Assembly: GCF_963921235.1 (NCBI RefSeq)
Contig: NC_086108.1
Span: forward strand, 49,912,001-49,976,000
Direction: 5' to 3'
Origin: Mobula hypostoma
Lineage: Eukaryota
Length of the DNA: 64,000 nt
The translations under genes and the position numbers were made by a program. The notes beneath the pieces were generated by a model. It did not search any database. It was not told the DNA's origin and saw only the letters and a list, made by a program, of their open reading frames with translations. Of the stretch, positions 26,601 through 41,600 are shown one piece after another. The stretch's first letter is position 1, and each line of letters opens with the position of its first letter.

Positions 26601-29600
26601 TCCCTCTCAGCACCTCCTTCCTCCATTCCAACCAGTTCCTTCCCAAAACCACCTTCCTCCATTCCGACCAGTTCCCTCCCAACACCACCTTCCTCCATTC
26701 CGACCAGTTCCCATCCAACACCACCTTCCTCCATTCCGACCAGTTCCCTTCCAACACCACCTTCCTCCATTCTGACCAGTTCCCATCCAACACCACCTTC
26801 CTGCATTCCGACCAGTTCCCATCCAACACCACCTTCCTGCATTCCGACCAGTTCCCTTCCAACACCACCTTCCTCCATTCCGACCAGTTCACTTTCACCA
26901 CCACCTTCCTCCATTCCGACCAGTTCCCTCCCAACACCACCTTCCTCCATTCCAATCAGTTCCCTCCCAACACCACCTTCCTCCATTCCGACCAGTTCAC
27001 CTTCACCACCACCTTCCTCCATTCCAACCAGTTCCCTCCCAACACCACCTTCCTCCATTCCAATCAGTTCCCTCCCAACACCACCTTCCTCCATTCCGAC
27101 CAGTTCACCTTCACCACCACCTTCCTCCATTCCAACCAGTTCCCTCCCAACACCACTTTCCTCTATTCCAACCAGTTCCCTTCCAACACCACCTTCCTCC
27201 ATTCCGACCAGTTCCCATCCAACACCACCTTCCTCCATTCCGACCAGTTCCCTCCCAACACCACCTTCCTCCATTCCGACCAGTTCCCTCCCAACACTAT
27301 CTTCCTCCATTCCGACCAGTTCCCTCTCAACACCGCCTTCCTCCATTCCAACCAGTTCCTACCCAACACCACCTTCCTCCATTCCGACCAGTTCCCTTCC
27401 AACACCACCTTCCTCCATTCCGACCAGTTCACCTTCACCACCACCTTCCTCCATTCCAACCAGTTCCCTCCCAACACCACCTTTCTCCATTCCGACCAGT
27501 TCCCTTCCAACACCACCTTCCTCCATTCCGACCAGTTCCCTTCTAACACCACCTTCCTCCATTCCGACCAGTTCCCTTCCAACACCACCTTCCTCCATTC
27601 CGACCAGTTTCCTCCCAACACTACCTTCCTCCATTCCGACCAGTTCCCTCTCAACACCGCCTTCCTCCATTCCAACCAGTTCCTTCCCAACACCACCTTC
27701 CTCCATTCCAACTTGTTCCCTTCCAACACCACCTTCCTCCATTCCGACCAGTTCCCATCCAACACCACCTTCCTCCATTCCGACCAGTTCCCTTCCAACA
27801 CCACCTTCCTCCATTCCGACCAGTTCCCTCCCAATACCACCTTCCTCCATTCCGACCAGTTCACTTCCAACACCACCTTCCTCCATTCCGACCAGTTCAC
27901 TTTCACCACCACCTTCCTCCATTCCGACCAGTTCACTTTCACCACCACCTTCCTCCATTCCGACCAGTTCCCTTCCAACACCACCTTCCTCCATTCCGAC
28001 CAGTTCCCATCCAACACCACCTTCCTCCATTCCGACCAGTTCACCTTCACCACCACCTTCCTGCATTCCAACCAGTTCCCTCCCAACACCACCTTCCTCC
28101 ATTCCAACCAGTTCCCTCCCAACACAACCTTCCTCCATTCCGACCAGTTCACCTTCACCACCACCTTCCTCCATTCCGACCAGTTCCCTGCCAACACCAC
28201 CTTCCTCCATTCCGACCAGTTCACCTTCACCACCACCTTCCTCCATTCCAACCAGTTCCCTCCCAACACCACCTTCCTCCATTCCAACTAGTTCCCTCCC
28301 AACACCACCTTCCTCCATTCCGACCAGTTCCCTTCCAACACCACCTTCCTCCATTCTGACCAGTTCCCATCCAACACCACCTTCCTCCATTCCGAACAGT
28401 TCCCATCCAACACAACCTTCCTGCATTCCGACCAGTTCCCTTCCAACACCACCTTCCTCCATTCCGACCAGTTCCCATCCAACACCACCTTCCTCCATTC
28501 CGACCAGCTCCCATCCAACACCACCTTCCTCCATTCCGACCAGTTCCCTTCCCACACCACCTTACTCCATTCCAACCAGTTCACTTTCACCACCACCTTC
28601 CTCCATTCCTACCAGTTCACTTTCACCACCACCTTCCTCCATTCCAACCAGTTCCCTCCCAACACCACCTTCCTCCATTCCAACCAGTTCCCTCCTAACA
28701 CCACCTTCCTCCATTCTGACCAGTTCCCTCCCAACACCACCTTCCTCCATTCCAACCAGTTCACCTTCACCACCACCTTCCTCCATTCCAACCAGTTCCC
28801 TCCCAACACCACCTTCCTCCATTCCAACTAGATCCCATCCAACACCACCTTCCTCCATTCCGACCAGTTCCCTCCAACACCACCTTCCTCCATTCAGACC
28901 AGTTCCCTCTCAACACCGCCTTCCTCCATTCCAACCAGTTCCTTCCCAACACCACCTTCCTCCATTCCGACCAGTTTCCTTCCAACACCACCTTCCTCCA
29001 TTCCGACCAGTTCCCATCCAACACCACCTTCCTCCATTCCGACCAGTTCCCTTCCAACACCACCTTCCTCCATTCCGACCAGTTCCCTTCCAACACTACC
29101 TTCCTCCATTCCGACCAGTTCCCTTCCAACACCACCTTCCTCCATTCCGACCAGTTCCCTTCCAACACCACCTTCCTCCATTCTGACCAGTTCCCTCCCA
29201 ACACTACCTTCCTCCATTCCGACCAGTTCCCTCTCAACACCGCCTTCCTCCATTCCAACCAGTTCCTTCCCAACACCACCTTCCTCCATTCCGACCAGTT
29301 CCCTCCCAACACCACCTTCCTCCATTCCGACCAGTTCCCTTCCAACACCACCTTCCTCCATTCCGACCAGTTCCCATCCAACACCACCTTCCTCCATTCC
29401 GACCAGTTCCCTTCCAACACCACCTTCCTCCATTCTGACCAGTTCCCATCCAACACCACCTTCCTGCATTCCGACCAGTTCCCATCCAACACCACCTTCC
29501 TGCATTCCGACCAGTTCCCTTCCAACACCACCTTCCTCCATTCCGACCAGTTCACTTTCACCACCACCTTCCTCCATTCCGACCAGTTCCCTCCCAACAC

Positions 29601-32600
29601 CACCTTCCTCCATTCCAATCAGTTCCCTCCCAACACCACCTTCCTCCATTCCGACCAGTTCACCTTCACCACCACCTTCCTCCATTCCAACCAGTTCCCT
29701 CCCAACACCACCTTCCTCCATTCCAATCAGTTCCCTCCCAACACCACCTTCCTCCATTCCGACCAGTTCACCTTCACCACCACCTTCCTCCATTCCAACC
29801 AGTTCCCTCCCAACACCACTTTCCTCCATTCCAACTAGTTCCCTTCCAACACCACCTTCCTCCATTCCAACCAGTTCCTTCCCAACACCACCTTCCTCCA
29901 TTCCGACCAGTTCCCTTCCAACACCACCTTCCTCCATTCCGACCAGTTCCCTCCCAACACTATCTTCCTCCATTCCGACCAGTTCCCTCTCAACACCGCC
30001 TTCCTCCATTCCAACCAGTTCCTACCCAACACCACCTTCCTCCATTCCGACCAGTTCCCTTCCAACACCACCTTCCTCCATTCCGACCAGTTCACCTTCA
30101 CCACCACCTTCCTCCATTCCAACCAGTTCCCTCCCAACACCACCTTTCTCCATTCCGACCAGTTCCCTTCCAACACCACCTTCCTCCATTCCGACCAGTT
30201 CCCTTCTAACACCACCTTCCTCCATTCCGACCAGTTCCCTTCCAACACCACCTTCCTCCATTCCGACCAGTTTCCTCCCAACACTACCTTCCTCCATTCC
30301 GACCAGTTCCCTCTCAACACCGCCTTCCTCCATTCCAACCAGTTCCTTCCCAACACCACCTTCCTCCATTCCAACTAGTTCCCTTCCAACACCACCTTCC
30401 TCCATTCCGACCAGTTCCCATCCAACACCACCTTCCTCCATTCCGACCAGTTCCCTTCCAACACCACCTTCCTCCATTCCGACCAGTTCACCTTCACCAC
30501 CACCTTCCTCCATTCCAAGCAGTTCCCTCCCAACACCACCTTCCTCCATTCCAACCAGTTCCCTCCCAACACCACCTTCCTCCATTCCAACCAGTTCCCT
30601 CCCAACACCACCTTCCTCCATTCCAACCAGTTCCCTTCCAACACCACCTTCCTCCATTCCGACCAATTCACCTTCACCACCACCTTCCTCCATTCCGACC
30701 AGTTCACTTTCACCACCACCTTCCTCCGTTCCGACCAGTTCCCTTCCAACACCACCTTCCTCCATTCCGACCAGTTCCCATCCAACACCACCTTCCTCCA
30801 TTCCGACCAGTTCACCTTCACCACCACCTTCCTGCATTCCAACCAGTTCCCTCCCAACACCACCTTCCTCCATTCCAACCAGTTCCCTCCCAACACAACC
30901 TTCCTCCATTCCGAGCAGTTCACCTTCACCACCACCTTCCTCCATTCCGACCAGTTCCCTCCCAACACCACCTTCCTCCATTCCGACCAGTTCCCATCCA
31001 ACACCACCTTCCTCCATTCCGACCAGTTCCCTTCCAACACCACCTTCCTCCATTCCGACCAGTTCCCTTCCAACACCACCTTCCTCCATTCCGACCAGTT
31101 CCCTTCCAACACCACCTTCCTCCATTCCGACCAGTTCCCATCCAACACCACCTTCCTCCATTCCGACCAGTTCCCATCCAACACCACATTCCTCCATTCC
31201 AACCAGTTCCCTCCCAACACCACCTTCCTCCATTCCGACCAGTTCACCTTCACCACCACCTTCCTCTATTCCGACCAGTTCCCTCCCAACACCACCTTCC
31301 TCCATTTCAACCAGTTCCCATCCAACACCACCTTCCTCCATTCCGACCAGTTCCCTCCCAATACCACCTTCCTCCATTCCGACCAGTTCACTTCCAACAC
31401 CACCTTCCTCCATTCCGACCAGTTCACTTTCACCACCACCTTCCTCCATTCCGACCAGTTCACCTTCACCACCACCTTCTTCCATTTCAACCAGTTCCCA
31501 TCCAACACCACCTTCCTGCATTCCAACCAGTTCCCTTCCAACACCACCTTCCTGCATTCCAATCAGTTCCCTTCCAACACCACCTTCCTCCATTCCGACC
31601 AGTTCCCATCCAACACCACCTTCCTCCATTCCGACCAGTTCCCATCCAACACCACCTTCCTCCATTCCGACCAGTTCCCTTCCAACACCACCTTCCTTCA
31701 TTCCGACCAGTTCCCATCCAACACCACCTTCCTCCATTCCGACCAGTTCCCATCCAACACCACCTTCCTCCATTCCGACCAGTTCCCTTCCAACACCACC
31801 TTCCTCCATTCTGACCAGTTCACGTTCACCACCACCTTCCTCCATTCCGACCAATTCACCTTCACCACCACCTTCCTCCATTCCGACCAGTTCACTTTCA
31901 CCACCACCTTCCTCCATTCCGACCAGTTCCCTTCCAACACCACCTTCCTCCATTCCGACCAGTTCCCATCCAACACCACCTTCCTCCATTCCGACCAGTT
32001 CCCTCCCAACACCACCTTCCTCCATTCCAACCAGTTCCCTCCCAACACAACCTTCCTCCATTCCGACCAGTTCACCTTCACCACCACCTTCCTCCATTCC
32101 GACCAGTTCCCTGCCAACACCACCTTCCTCCATTCCGACCAGTTCACCTTCACCACCACCTTCCTCCATTCCGACCAGTTCCCTCCCAACACCACCTTCC
32201 TCCATTCCAACTAGTTCCCTCCCAACACCACCTTCCTCCATTCCGACCAGTTCCCTTCCAACACCACCTTCCTCCATTCTGACCAGTTCCCATCCAACAC
32301 CACCTTCCTCCATTCCGACCAGTTCCCATCCAACACCACCTTCCTCCATTCCGACCAGTTCCCTTCCAACACCACCTTCCTCCATTCCGACCAGTTCCCA
32401 TCCAACACCACCTTCCTCCATTCCGACCAGCTCCCATCCAACACCACCTTCCTCCATTCCGACCAGTTCCCTTCCAACACCACCTTCCTCCATTCCGACC
32501 AGTTCCCTTCCAACACCACCTTCCTCCATTCCGACCAGTTCACTTTCACCACCACCTTCCTCCATTCCAACCAGTTCCCTCCCAACACCACCTTCCTCCA

Positions 32601-35600
32601 TTCCAACCAGTTCCCTCCCAACACCACCTTCCTCCATTCCAACCAGTTCACCTTCACCACCACCTTCCTCCATTCCAACCAGTTCCCTCCCAACACCACC
32701 TTCCTCCATTCCGACCAGTTCCCATCCAACACCACCTTCCTCCATTCCAACCAGTTCCCTCCCAACACCACCTTCCTCCATTCAGACCAGTTCCCTCTCA
32801 ACACCACCTTCCTCCATTCCAACCAGTTCCTTCCCAACACCACCTTCCTCCATTCCGACCAGTTCCCATCCAACACCACCTTCCTCCATTCCGACCAGTT
32901 CCCTTCCAACACCACCTTCCTCCATTCCGACCAGTTCCCTTCCAACACCACCTTCCTCCATTCCGACCAGTTCCCTTCCAACACCACCTTCCTCCATTCC
33001 GACCAGTTCCCTTCCAACACCACCTTCCTCCATTCCGACCAGTTCCCTTCCAACACCACCTTCCTCCATTCTGACCAGTTCCCTCCCAACACTACCTTCC
33101 TCCATTCCGACCAGTTCCCTCTCAACACCGCCTTCCTCCATTCCAACCAGTTCCTTCCCAACACCACCTTCCTCCATTCCGACCAGTTCCCTCCCAACAC
33201 CACCTTCCTCCATTCCGACCAGTTCCCTTCCAACACCACCTTCCTCCATTCCGACCAGTTCCCATCCAACACCACCTTCCTCCATTCCGACCAGTTCCCT
33301 TCCAACACCACCTTCCTCCATTCTGACCAGTTCCCATCCAACACCACCTTCCTGCATTCCGACCAGTTCCCATCCAACACCACCTTCCTGCATTCCGACC
33401 AGTTCCCTTCCAACACCACCTTCCTCCATTCCGACCAGTTCACTTTCACCACCACCTTCCTCCATTCCGACCAGTTCCCTCCCAACACCACCTTCCTCCA
33501 TTCCAATCAGTTCCCTCCCAACACCACCTTCCTCCATTCCGACCAGTTCACCTTCACCACCACCTTCCTCCATTCCAACCAGTTCCCTCCCAACACCACC
33601 TTCCTCCATTCCAAACAGTTCCCTCCCAACACCACCTTCCTCCATTCCGACCAGTTCACCTTCACCACCACCTTCCTCCATTCCAACCAGTTCCCTCCCA
33701 ACACCACTTTCCTCCATTCCAACTCGTTCCCTTCCAACACCACCTTCCTCCATTCCGACCAGTTCCCATCCAACACCACCTTCCTCCATTCCGACCAGTT
33801 CCCTCCCAACACCACCTTCCTCCATTCCGACCAGTTCCCTCCCAACACTACCTTCCTCCATTCCGACCAGTTCCCTCTCAACACCGCCTTCCTCCATTCC
33901 AACCAGTTCCTTCCCAACACCACCTTCCTCCATTCCGACCAGTTCCCTTCCAACACCACCTTCCTCCATTCCGACCAGTTCACCTTCACCACCACCTTCC
34001 TCCATTCCAACCAGTTCCCTCCCAACACCACCTTTCTCCATTCCGACCAGTTCCCTTCCAACACCACCTTCCTCCATTCCGACCAGTTCCCTTCTAACAC
34101 CACCTTCCTCCATTCCGACCAGTTCCCTTCCAACACCACCTTCCTCCATTCCGACCAGTTTCCTCCCAACACTACCTTCCTCCATTCCGACCAGTTCCCT
34201 CTCAACACCGCCTTCCTCCATTCCAACCAGTTCCTTCCCAACACCACCTTCCTCCATTCCAACTAGTTCCCTTCCAACACCACCTTCCTCCATTCCGACC
34301 AGTTCCCATCCAACACCACCTTCCTCCATTCCGACCAGTTCCCTTCCAACACCACCTTCCTCCATTCCGACCAATTCACCTTCACCACCACCTTCCTCCA
34401 TTCCGACCAGTTCACTTTCACCACCACCTTCCTCCATTCCGACCAGTTCCCTTCCAACACCACCTTCCTCCATTCCGACCAGTTCCCTTCCAACACCACC
34501 TTCCTCCATTCCGACCAGTTCACCTTCAACACCACCTTCCTCCATTCCAACCAGTTCCCTCCCAACACCACCTTCCTCCATTCCAACCAGTTCCCTCCCA
34601 ACACAACCTTCCTCCATTCCGACCAGTTCACCTTCACCACCACCTTCCTCCATTCCGACCAGTTCCCTTCCAACACCACCTTCCTCCATTCCGACCAGTT
34701 CACCTTAACCACCACCTTCCTCCATTCCGACCAGTTCCCTCCCAACACCACCTTCCTCCATTCCGACCAGTTCCCATCCAACACCACCTTCCTCCATTCC
34801 GACCAGTTCCCTTCCAACACCACCTTCCTCCATTCCGACCAGTTCCCATCCAACACCACCTTCCTCCATTCCGACCAGTTCCCATCCAACACCACCTTCC
34901 TCCATTCCGACCAGTTCCCTTCCAACACCACCTTCCTCCATTCCGACCAGTTCACTTTCACCACCACCTTCCTCCATTCCGACCAGTTCCCTCCCAACAC
35001 CACCTTCCTCCATTCCGACCAGTTCCCTCCCAACACCACCTTCCTCCATTCCGACCAGTTCACCTTCACCACCACCTTCCTCCATTCCGACCAGTTCACT
35101 TTCACCACCACCTTCCTCCATTCCGACCAGTTCCCTTCCAACACCACCTTCCTCCATTCCAACCAGTTCCCTCCCAACACCACCTTCCTCCATTCCGACC
35201 AGTTCACCTTCACCACCACCTTCCTCCATTCCAACCAGTTCCCTCCCAACACCACCTTCCTCCATTCCAACCAGTTCCCTCCCAACACCACCTTCCTCCA
35301 TTCCGACCAGTTCCATTCCAACACCACCTTCCTCCATTCTGACCAGTTCCCATCCAACACCACCTTCCTCCATTCCGAACAGTTCCCATCCAACACTACC
35401 TTCCTGCATTCCGACCAGTTCCCTTCCAACACCACCTTCCTCCATTCCGACCAGTTCCCATCCAACACCACCTTCCTCCATTCCGACCAGCTCCCATCCA
35501 ACACCACCTTCCTCCATTCCAACCAGTTCCCTCCCAACACCACCTTCCTCCATTCCAACCAGTTCCCTCCCAACACCACCTTCCTCCATTCCGACCAGTT

Positions 35601-38600
35601 CCCTTCCAACACCACCTTCCTCCATTCCAACCAGTTCCCATCCAACACCACCTTCCTCCATTCCGACCAGTTCCCTTCCAACACCACCTTCCTCCATTCT
35701 GACCAGTTCCCTCCCAACACCACCTTCCTCCAGTTCCTCACCACCACCTTCCTCCATTCCAACCAGTTCCCTCCCAACACCACCTTCCTCCATTCCAACT
35801 AGATCCCCCAACACCACCTTCCTCCATCCACCAGTTCCCTCCAACACCACCTTCCTCCCAACCAGTTCCCTCTCAACACCGCCTTCCTCCATTCCAACCA
35901 GTTCCTTCCCAACACCACCTTCCTCCATTCCGACCAGTTCCCTTCCAACACCACCTTCCTCCATTCCGACCAGTTCCCCATCAAACACCACCTTCCTCCA
36001 TTCCGACCAGTTCCCTCTCAACACCACCTTCCTCCATTCCAACCAGTTCCCTCCCAACACCACCTTCCTCCATTCCGACCAGTTCCCATCCAACACCACC
36101 TTCCTCCATTCCGACCAGTTCCCTTCCAACACCACCTTCCTCCATTCCGACCAGTTCCCTTCCAACACCACCTTCCTCCATTCCGACCAGTTCCCTTCCA
36201 ACACCACCTTCCTCCATTCCGACCAGTTCCCTTCCAACACCACCTTCCTCCATTCCGACCACCTTTCCATTCACCAGTTCCCTCCAACACCACCTTCCTC
36301 CATTCCGACCAGTTCCCTCCCAACACCACCTTCCTCCATTCCGACCAGTTCCCCCATTCCAACACCACCTTCCTCCATTCCAACCAGTTCCCTCCCAACA
36401 CCACCTTCCTCCATTCCGACCAGTTCCCTTCCAACACCACCTTCCTCCATTCCGACCAGTTCCCTCCCAACACCACCTTCCTCCATTCCAACCAGTTCCC
36501 TCCCAACACCACCTTCCTCCATTCCGACCAGTTCCCTTCCAACACCACCTTCCTCCATTCCGACCAGTTCCCTTCCAACACCACCTTCCTCCATTCCGAC
36601 CAGTTCCCTTCCAACACCACCTTCCTCCATTCCGACCAGTTCCCTCCCAACACCACCTTCCTCCATTCCGACCAGTTCCCTCCCAACACCACCTTCCTCC
36701 ATTCCAACCAGTTCCTTCCAACACCACCTTCCTCCATTCCGACCAGTTTCCTCCCAACACCACCTTCCTCCATTCCGACCAGTTCCCTCCAACACCACCT
36801 TCCTCCATTCCGACCAGTTCCCTTCCCAACACCACCTTCCTCCATTCCGACCAGTTCCCTTCCAACACCACCTTCCTCCATTCCAACCAGTTCCCATCCA
36901 ACACCANNNNNNNNNNNNNNNNNNNNNNNNNNNNNNNNNNNNNNNNNNNNNNNNNNNNNNNNNNNNNNNNNNNNNNNNNNNNNNNNNNNNNNNNNNNNNN
37001 NNNNNNNNNNNNNNNNNNNNNNNNNNNNNNNNNNNNNNNNNNNNNNNNNNNNNNNNNNNNNNNNNNNNNNNNNNNNNNNNNNNNNNNNNNNNNNNNNNNN
37101 NNNNNNTTCCCTCCCAACACCACCTTCCTCCATTCCGACCAGTTCCCTTCCAACACCACCTTCCTCCATTCTGACCAGTTCCCATCCAACACCACCTTCC
37201 TCCATTCCGAACAGTTCCCATCCAACACTACCTTCCTGCATTCCGACCAGTTCCCTTCCAACACCACCTTCCTCCATTCCGACCAGTTCCCATGCAACAC
37301 CACCTTCCTCCATTCCGACCAGCTCCCATCCAACACCACCTTCCTCCATTCCTACCAGTTCCCTTCCCACACCACCTTACTCCATTCCAACCAGTTCACT
37401 TTCACCACCACCTTCCTCCATTCCGTCCAGTTCACTTTCACCACCACCTTCCTCCATTCCAACCAGTTCCCTCTCAACACCACCTTCCTCCATTCCAACC
37501 AGTTCCCTCCTAACACCACCTTCCTCCATTCTGACCAGTTCCCTCCCAACACCACCTTCCTCCATTCCGACCAATTCACCTTCACCACCACCTTCCTCCA
37601 TTCCGACCAGTTCACTTTCACCACCACCTTCCTCCATTCCGACCAGTTCCCTTCCAACACCACCTTCCTCCATTCCGACCAGTTCCCATCCAACACCACC
37701 TTCCTCCATTCCGACCAGTTCACTTTCACCACCACCTTCCTGCATTCCAACCAGTTCCCTCCCAACACCACCTTCCTCCATTCCAACCAGTTCCCTCCCA
37801 ACACAACCTTCCTCCATTCCGAGCAGTTCACCTTCACCACCACCTTCCTCCATTCCGACCAGTTCCCTCCCAACACCACCTTCCTCCATTCCGACCAGTT
37901 CACCTTCACCACCACCTTCCTCCATTCCGACCAGTTCCCTCCCAACACCACCTTCCTCCATTCCAACTAGTTCCCTCCCAACACCACCTTCCTCCATTCT
38001 GACCAGTTCCCTTCCAACACCACCTTCCTCCATTCTGACCAGTTCCCATCCAACACCACCTTCCTCCATTCCGAACAGTTCCCATCCAACACTACCTTCC
38101 TGCATTCCGACCAGTTCCCTTCCAACACCACCTTCCTCCATTCCGACCAGTTCCCATCCAACACCACCTTCCTCCATTCCGACCAGTTCCCTTCCAACAC
38201 CACCTTCCTCCATTCCGACCAGTTCCCTTCCCACACCACCTTACTCCATTCCAACCAGTTCACTTTCACCACCACCTTCCTCCATTCCGACCAGTTCACT
38301 TTCACCACCACCTTCCTCCATTCCAACCAGTTCCCTCCCAACACCACCTTCCTCCATTCCAACCAGTTCCCTCCTAACACCACCTTCCTCCATTCTGACC
38401 AGTTCCCTCCCAACACCACCTTCCTCCATTCCAACCAGTTCACCTTCACCACCACCTTCCTCCATTCCAACCAGTTCCCTCCCAACACCACCTTCCTCCA
38501 TTCCAACCAGTTCCCTTCCAACACCACCTTCCTCCATTCCGACCAGTTCCCATCCAACACCACCTTCCTCCATTCCGACCAGTTCCCTCCAACACCACCT

Positions 38601-41600
38601 TCCTCCATTCAGACCAGTTCCCTCTCAACACCGCCTTCCTCCATTCCAACCAGTTCCTTCCCAACACCACCTTCCTCCATTCCGACCAGTTCCCATCCAA
38701 CACCACCTTCCTCCATTCCGACCAGTTCCCTTCCAACACCACCTTCCTCCATTCCGACCAGTTCCCTTCCAACACCACCTTCCTCCATTCCGACCAGTTC
38801 CCTTCCAACACCACCTTCCTCCATTCCGACCAGTTCCCTTCCAACACCACCTTCCTCCATTCTGACCAGTTCCCATCCAACACCACCTTCCTCCATTCCG
38901 AACAGTTCCCATCCAACACTACCTTCCTGCATTCCGACCAGTTCCCTTCCAACACCACCTTCCTCCATTCCGACCAGTTCCCATCCAACACCACCTTCCT
39001 CCATTCCGACCAGCTCCCATCCAACACCACCTTCCTCCATTCCGACCAGTTCCCTTCCCACACCACCTTACTCCATTCCAACCAGTTCACTTTCACCACC
39101 ACCTTCCTCCATTCCGACCAGTTCACTTTCACCACCACCTTCCTCCATTCCAACCAGTTCCCTCCCAACACCACCTTCCTCCATTCCAACCAGTTCCCTC
39201 CTAACACCACCTTCCTCCATTCTGACCAGTTCCCTCCCAACACCACCTTCCTCCATTCCGACCAATTCACCTTCACCACCACCTTCCTCCATTCCGACCA
39301 GTTCACTTTCACCACCACCTTCCTCCATTCCGACCAGTTCTCTTCCAACACCACCTTCCTCCATTCCGACCAGTTCCCATCCAACACCACCTTCCTCCAT
39401 TCCGACCAGTTCACTTTCACCACCACCTTCCTGCATTCCAACCAGTTCCCTCCCAACACCACCTTCCTCCATTCCAACCAGTTCCCTCCCAACACAACCT
39501 TCCTCCATTCCGAGCAGTTCACCTTCACCACCACCTTCCTCCATTCCGACCAGTTCCCTGCCAACACCACCTTCCTCCATTCCGACCAGTTCACCTTAAC
39601 CACCACCTTCCTCCATTCCGACCAGTTCCCTCCCAACACCACCTTCCTCCATTCCAACTAGTTCCCTCCCAACACCACCTTCCTCCATTCTGACCAGTTC
39701 CCTTCCAACACCACCTTCCTCCATTCTGACCAGTTCCCATCCAACACCACCTTCCTCCATTCCGAACAGTTCCCATCCAACACTACCTTCCTGCATTCCG
39801 ACCAGTTCCCTTCCAACACCACCTTCCTCCATTCCGACCAGTTCCCATCCAACACCACCTTCCTCCATTCCGACCAGCTCCCATCCAACACCACCTTCCT
39901 CCATTCCGACCAGTTCCCTTCCCACACCACCTTACTCCATTCCAACCAGTTCACTTTCACCACCACCTTCCTCCATTCCGACCAGTTCACTTTCACCACC
40001 ACCTTCCTCCATTCCAACCAGTTCCCTCCCAACACCACCTTCCTCCATTCCAACCAGTTCCCTCCTAACACCACCTTCCTCCATTCTGACCAGTTCCCTC
40101 CCAACACCACCTTCCTCCATTCCAACCAGTTCACCTTCACCACCACCTTCCTCCATTCCAACCAGCTCCCTCCCAACACCACCTTCCTCCATTCCAACTA
40201 GATCCCTTCCAACACCACCTTCCTCCATTCCGACCAGTTCCCATCCAACACCACCTTCCTCCATTCCGACCAGTTCCCTCCAACACCACCTTCCTCCATT
40301 CAGACCAGTTCCCTCTCAACACCGCCTTCCTCCATTCCAACCAGTTCCTTCCCAACACCACCTTCCTCCATTCCGACCAGTTCCCATCCAACACCACCTT
40401 CCTCCATTCCGACCAGTTCCCTTCCAACACCACCTTCCTCCATTCCGACCAGTTCCCTTCCAACACCACCTTCCTCCATTCCGACCAGTTCCCTTCCAAC
40501 ACCACCTTCCTCCATTCCGACCAGTTCCCTTCCAACACCACCTTCCTCCATTCCGACCAGTTCCCTTCCAACACCACCTTCCTCCATTCTGACCAGTTCC
40601 CTCCCAACACTACCTTCCTCCATTCCGACCAGTTCCCTCTCAACACCGCCTTCCTCCATTCCAACCAGTTCCTTCCCAACACCACCTTCCTCCATTCCGA
40701 CCAGTTCCCTCCCAACACCACCTTCCTCCATTCCGACCAGTTCCCTTCCAACACCACCTTCCTCCATTCCGACCAGTTCCCATCCAACACCACCTTCCTC
40801 CATTCCAACCAGTTCCCTTCCAACACCACCTTCCTCCATTCTGATCAGTTCCCATCCAACACCACCTTCCTCCATTCCGACCAGTTCCCATCCAACACCA
40901 CCTTCCTGCATTCCGACCAGTTCCCTTCCAACACCACCTTCCTCCATTCCGACCAGTTCACTTTCACCACCACCTTCCTCCATTCCGACCAGTTCCCTCC
41001 CAACACCACCTTCCTCCATTCCAATCAGTTCCCTCCCAACACCACCTTCCTTCATTCCGAACAGTTCACCTTCACCACCACCTTCCTCCATTCCAACCAG
41101 TTCCCTCCCAACACCACCTTCCTCCATTCCAATCAGTTCCCTCCCAACACCACCTTCCTCCATTCCGACCAGTTCACCTTCACCACCACCTTCCTCCATT
41201 CCAACCAGTTCCCTCCCAACACCACTTTCCTCCATTCCAACTAGTTCCCTTCCAACACCACCTTCCTCCATTCCGACCAGTTCCCATCCAACACCACCTT
41301 CCTCCATTCCGACCAGTTCCCTCCCAACACCACCTTCCTCCATTCCGACCAGTTCCCTCTCAACACCGCCTTCCTCCATTCCAACCAGTTCCTTCCCAAC
41401 ACCACCTTCCTCCATTCCGACCAGTTCCCTTCCAACACTACCTTCCTCCATTCCGACCAGTTCCCTCTCAATACCGCCTTCCTCCATTCCAACCAGTTCC
41501 TTCCCAACACCACCTTCCTCCATTCCGACCAGTTCCCTTCCAACACCACCTTCCTCCATTCCGACCAGTTCACCTTCACCACCACCTTCCTCCATTCCAA

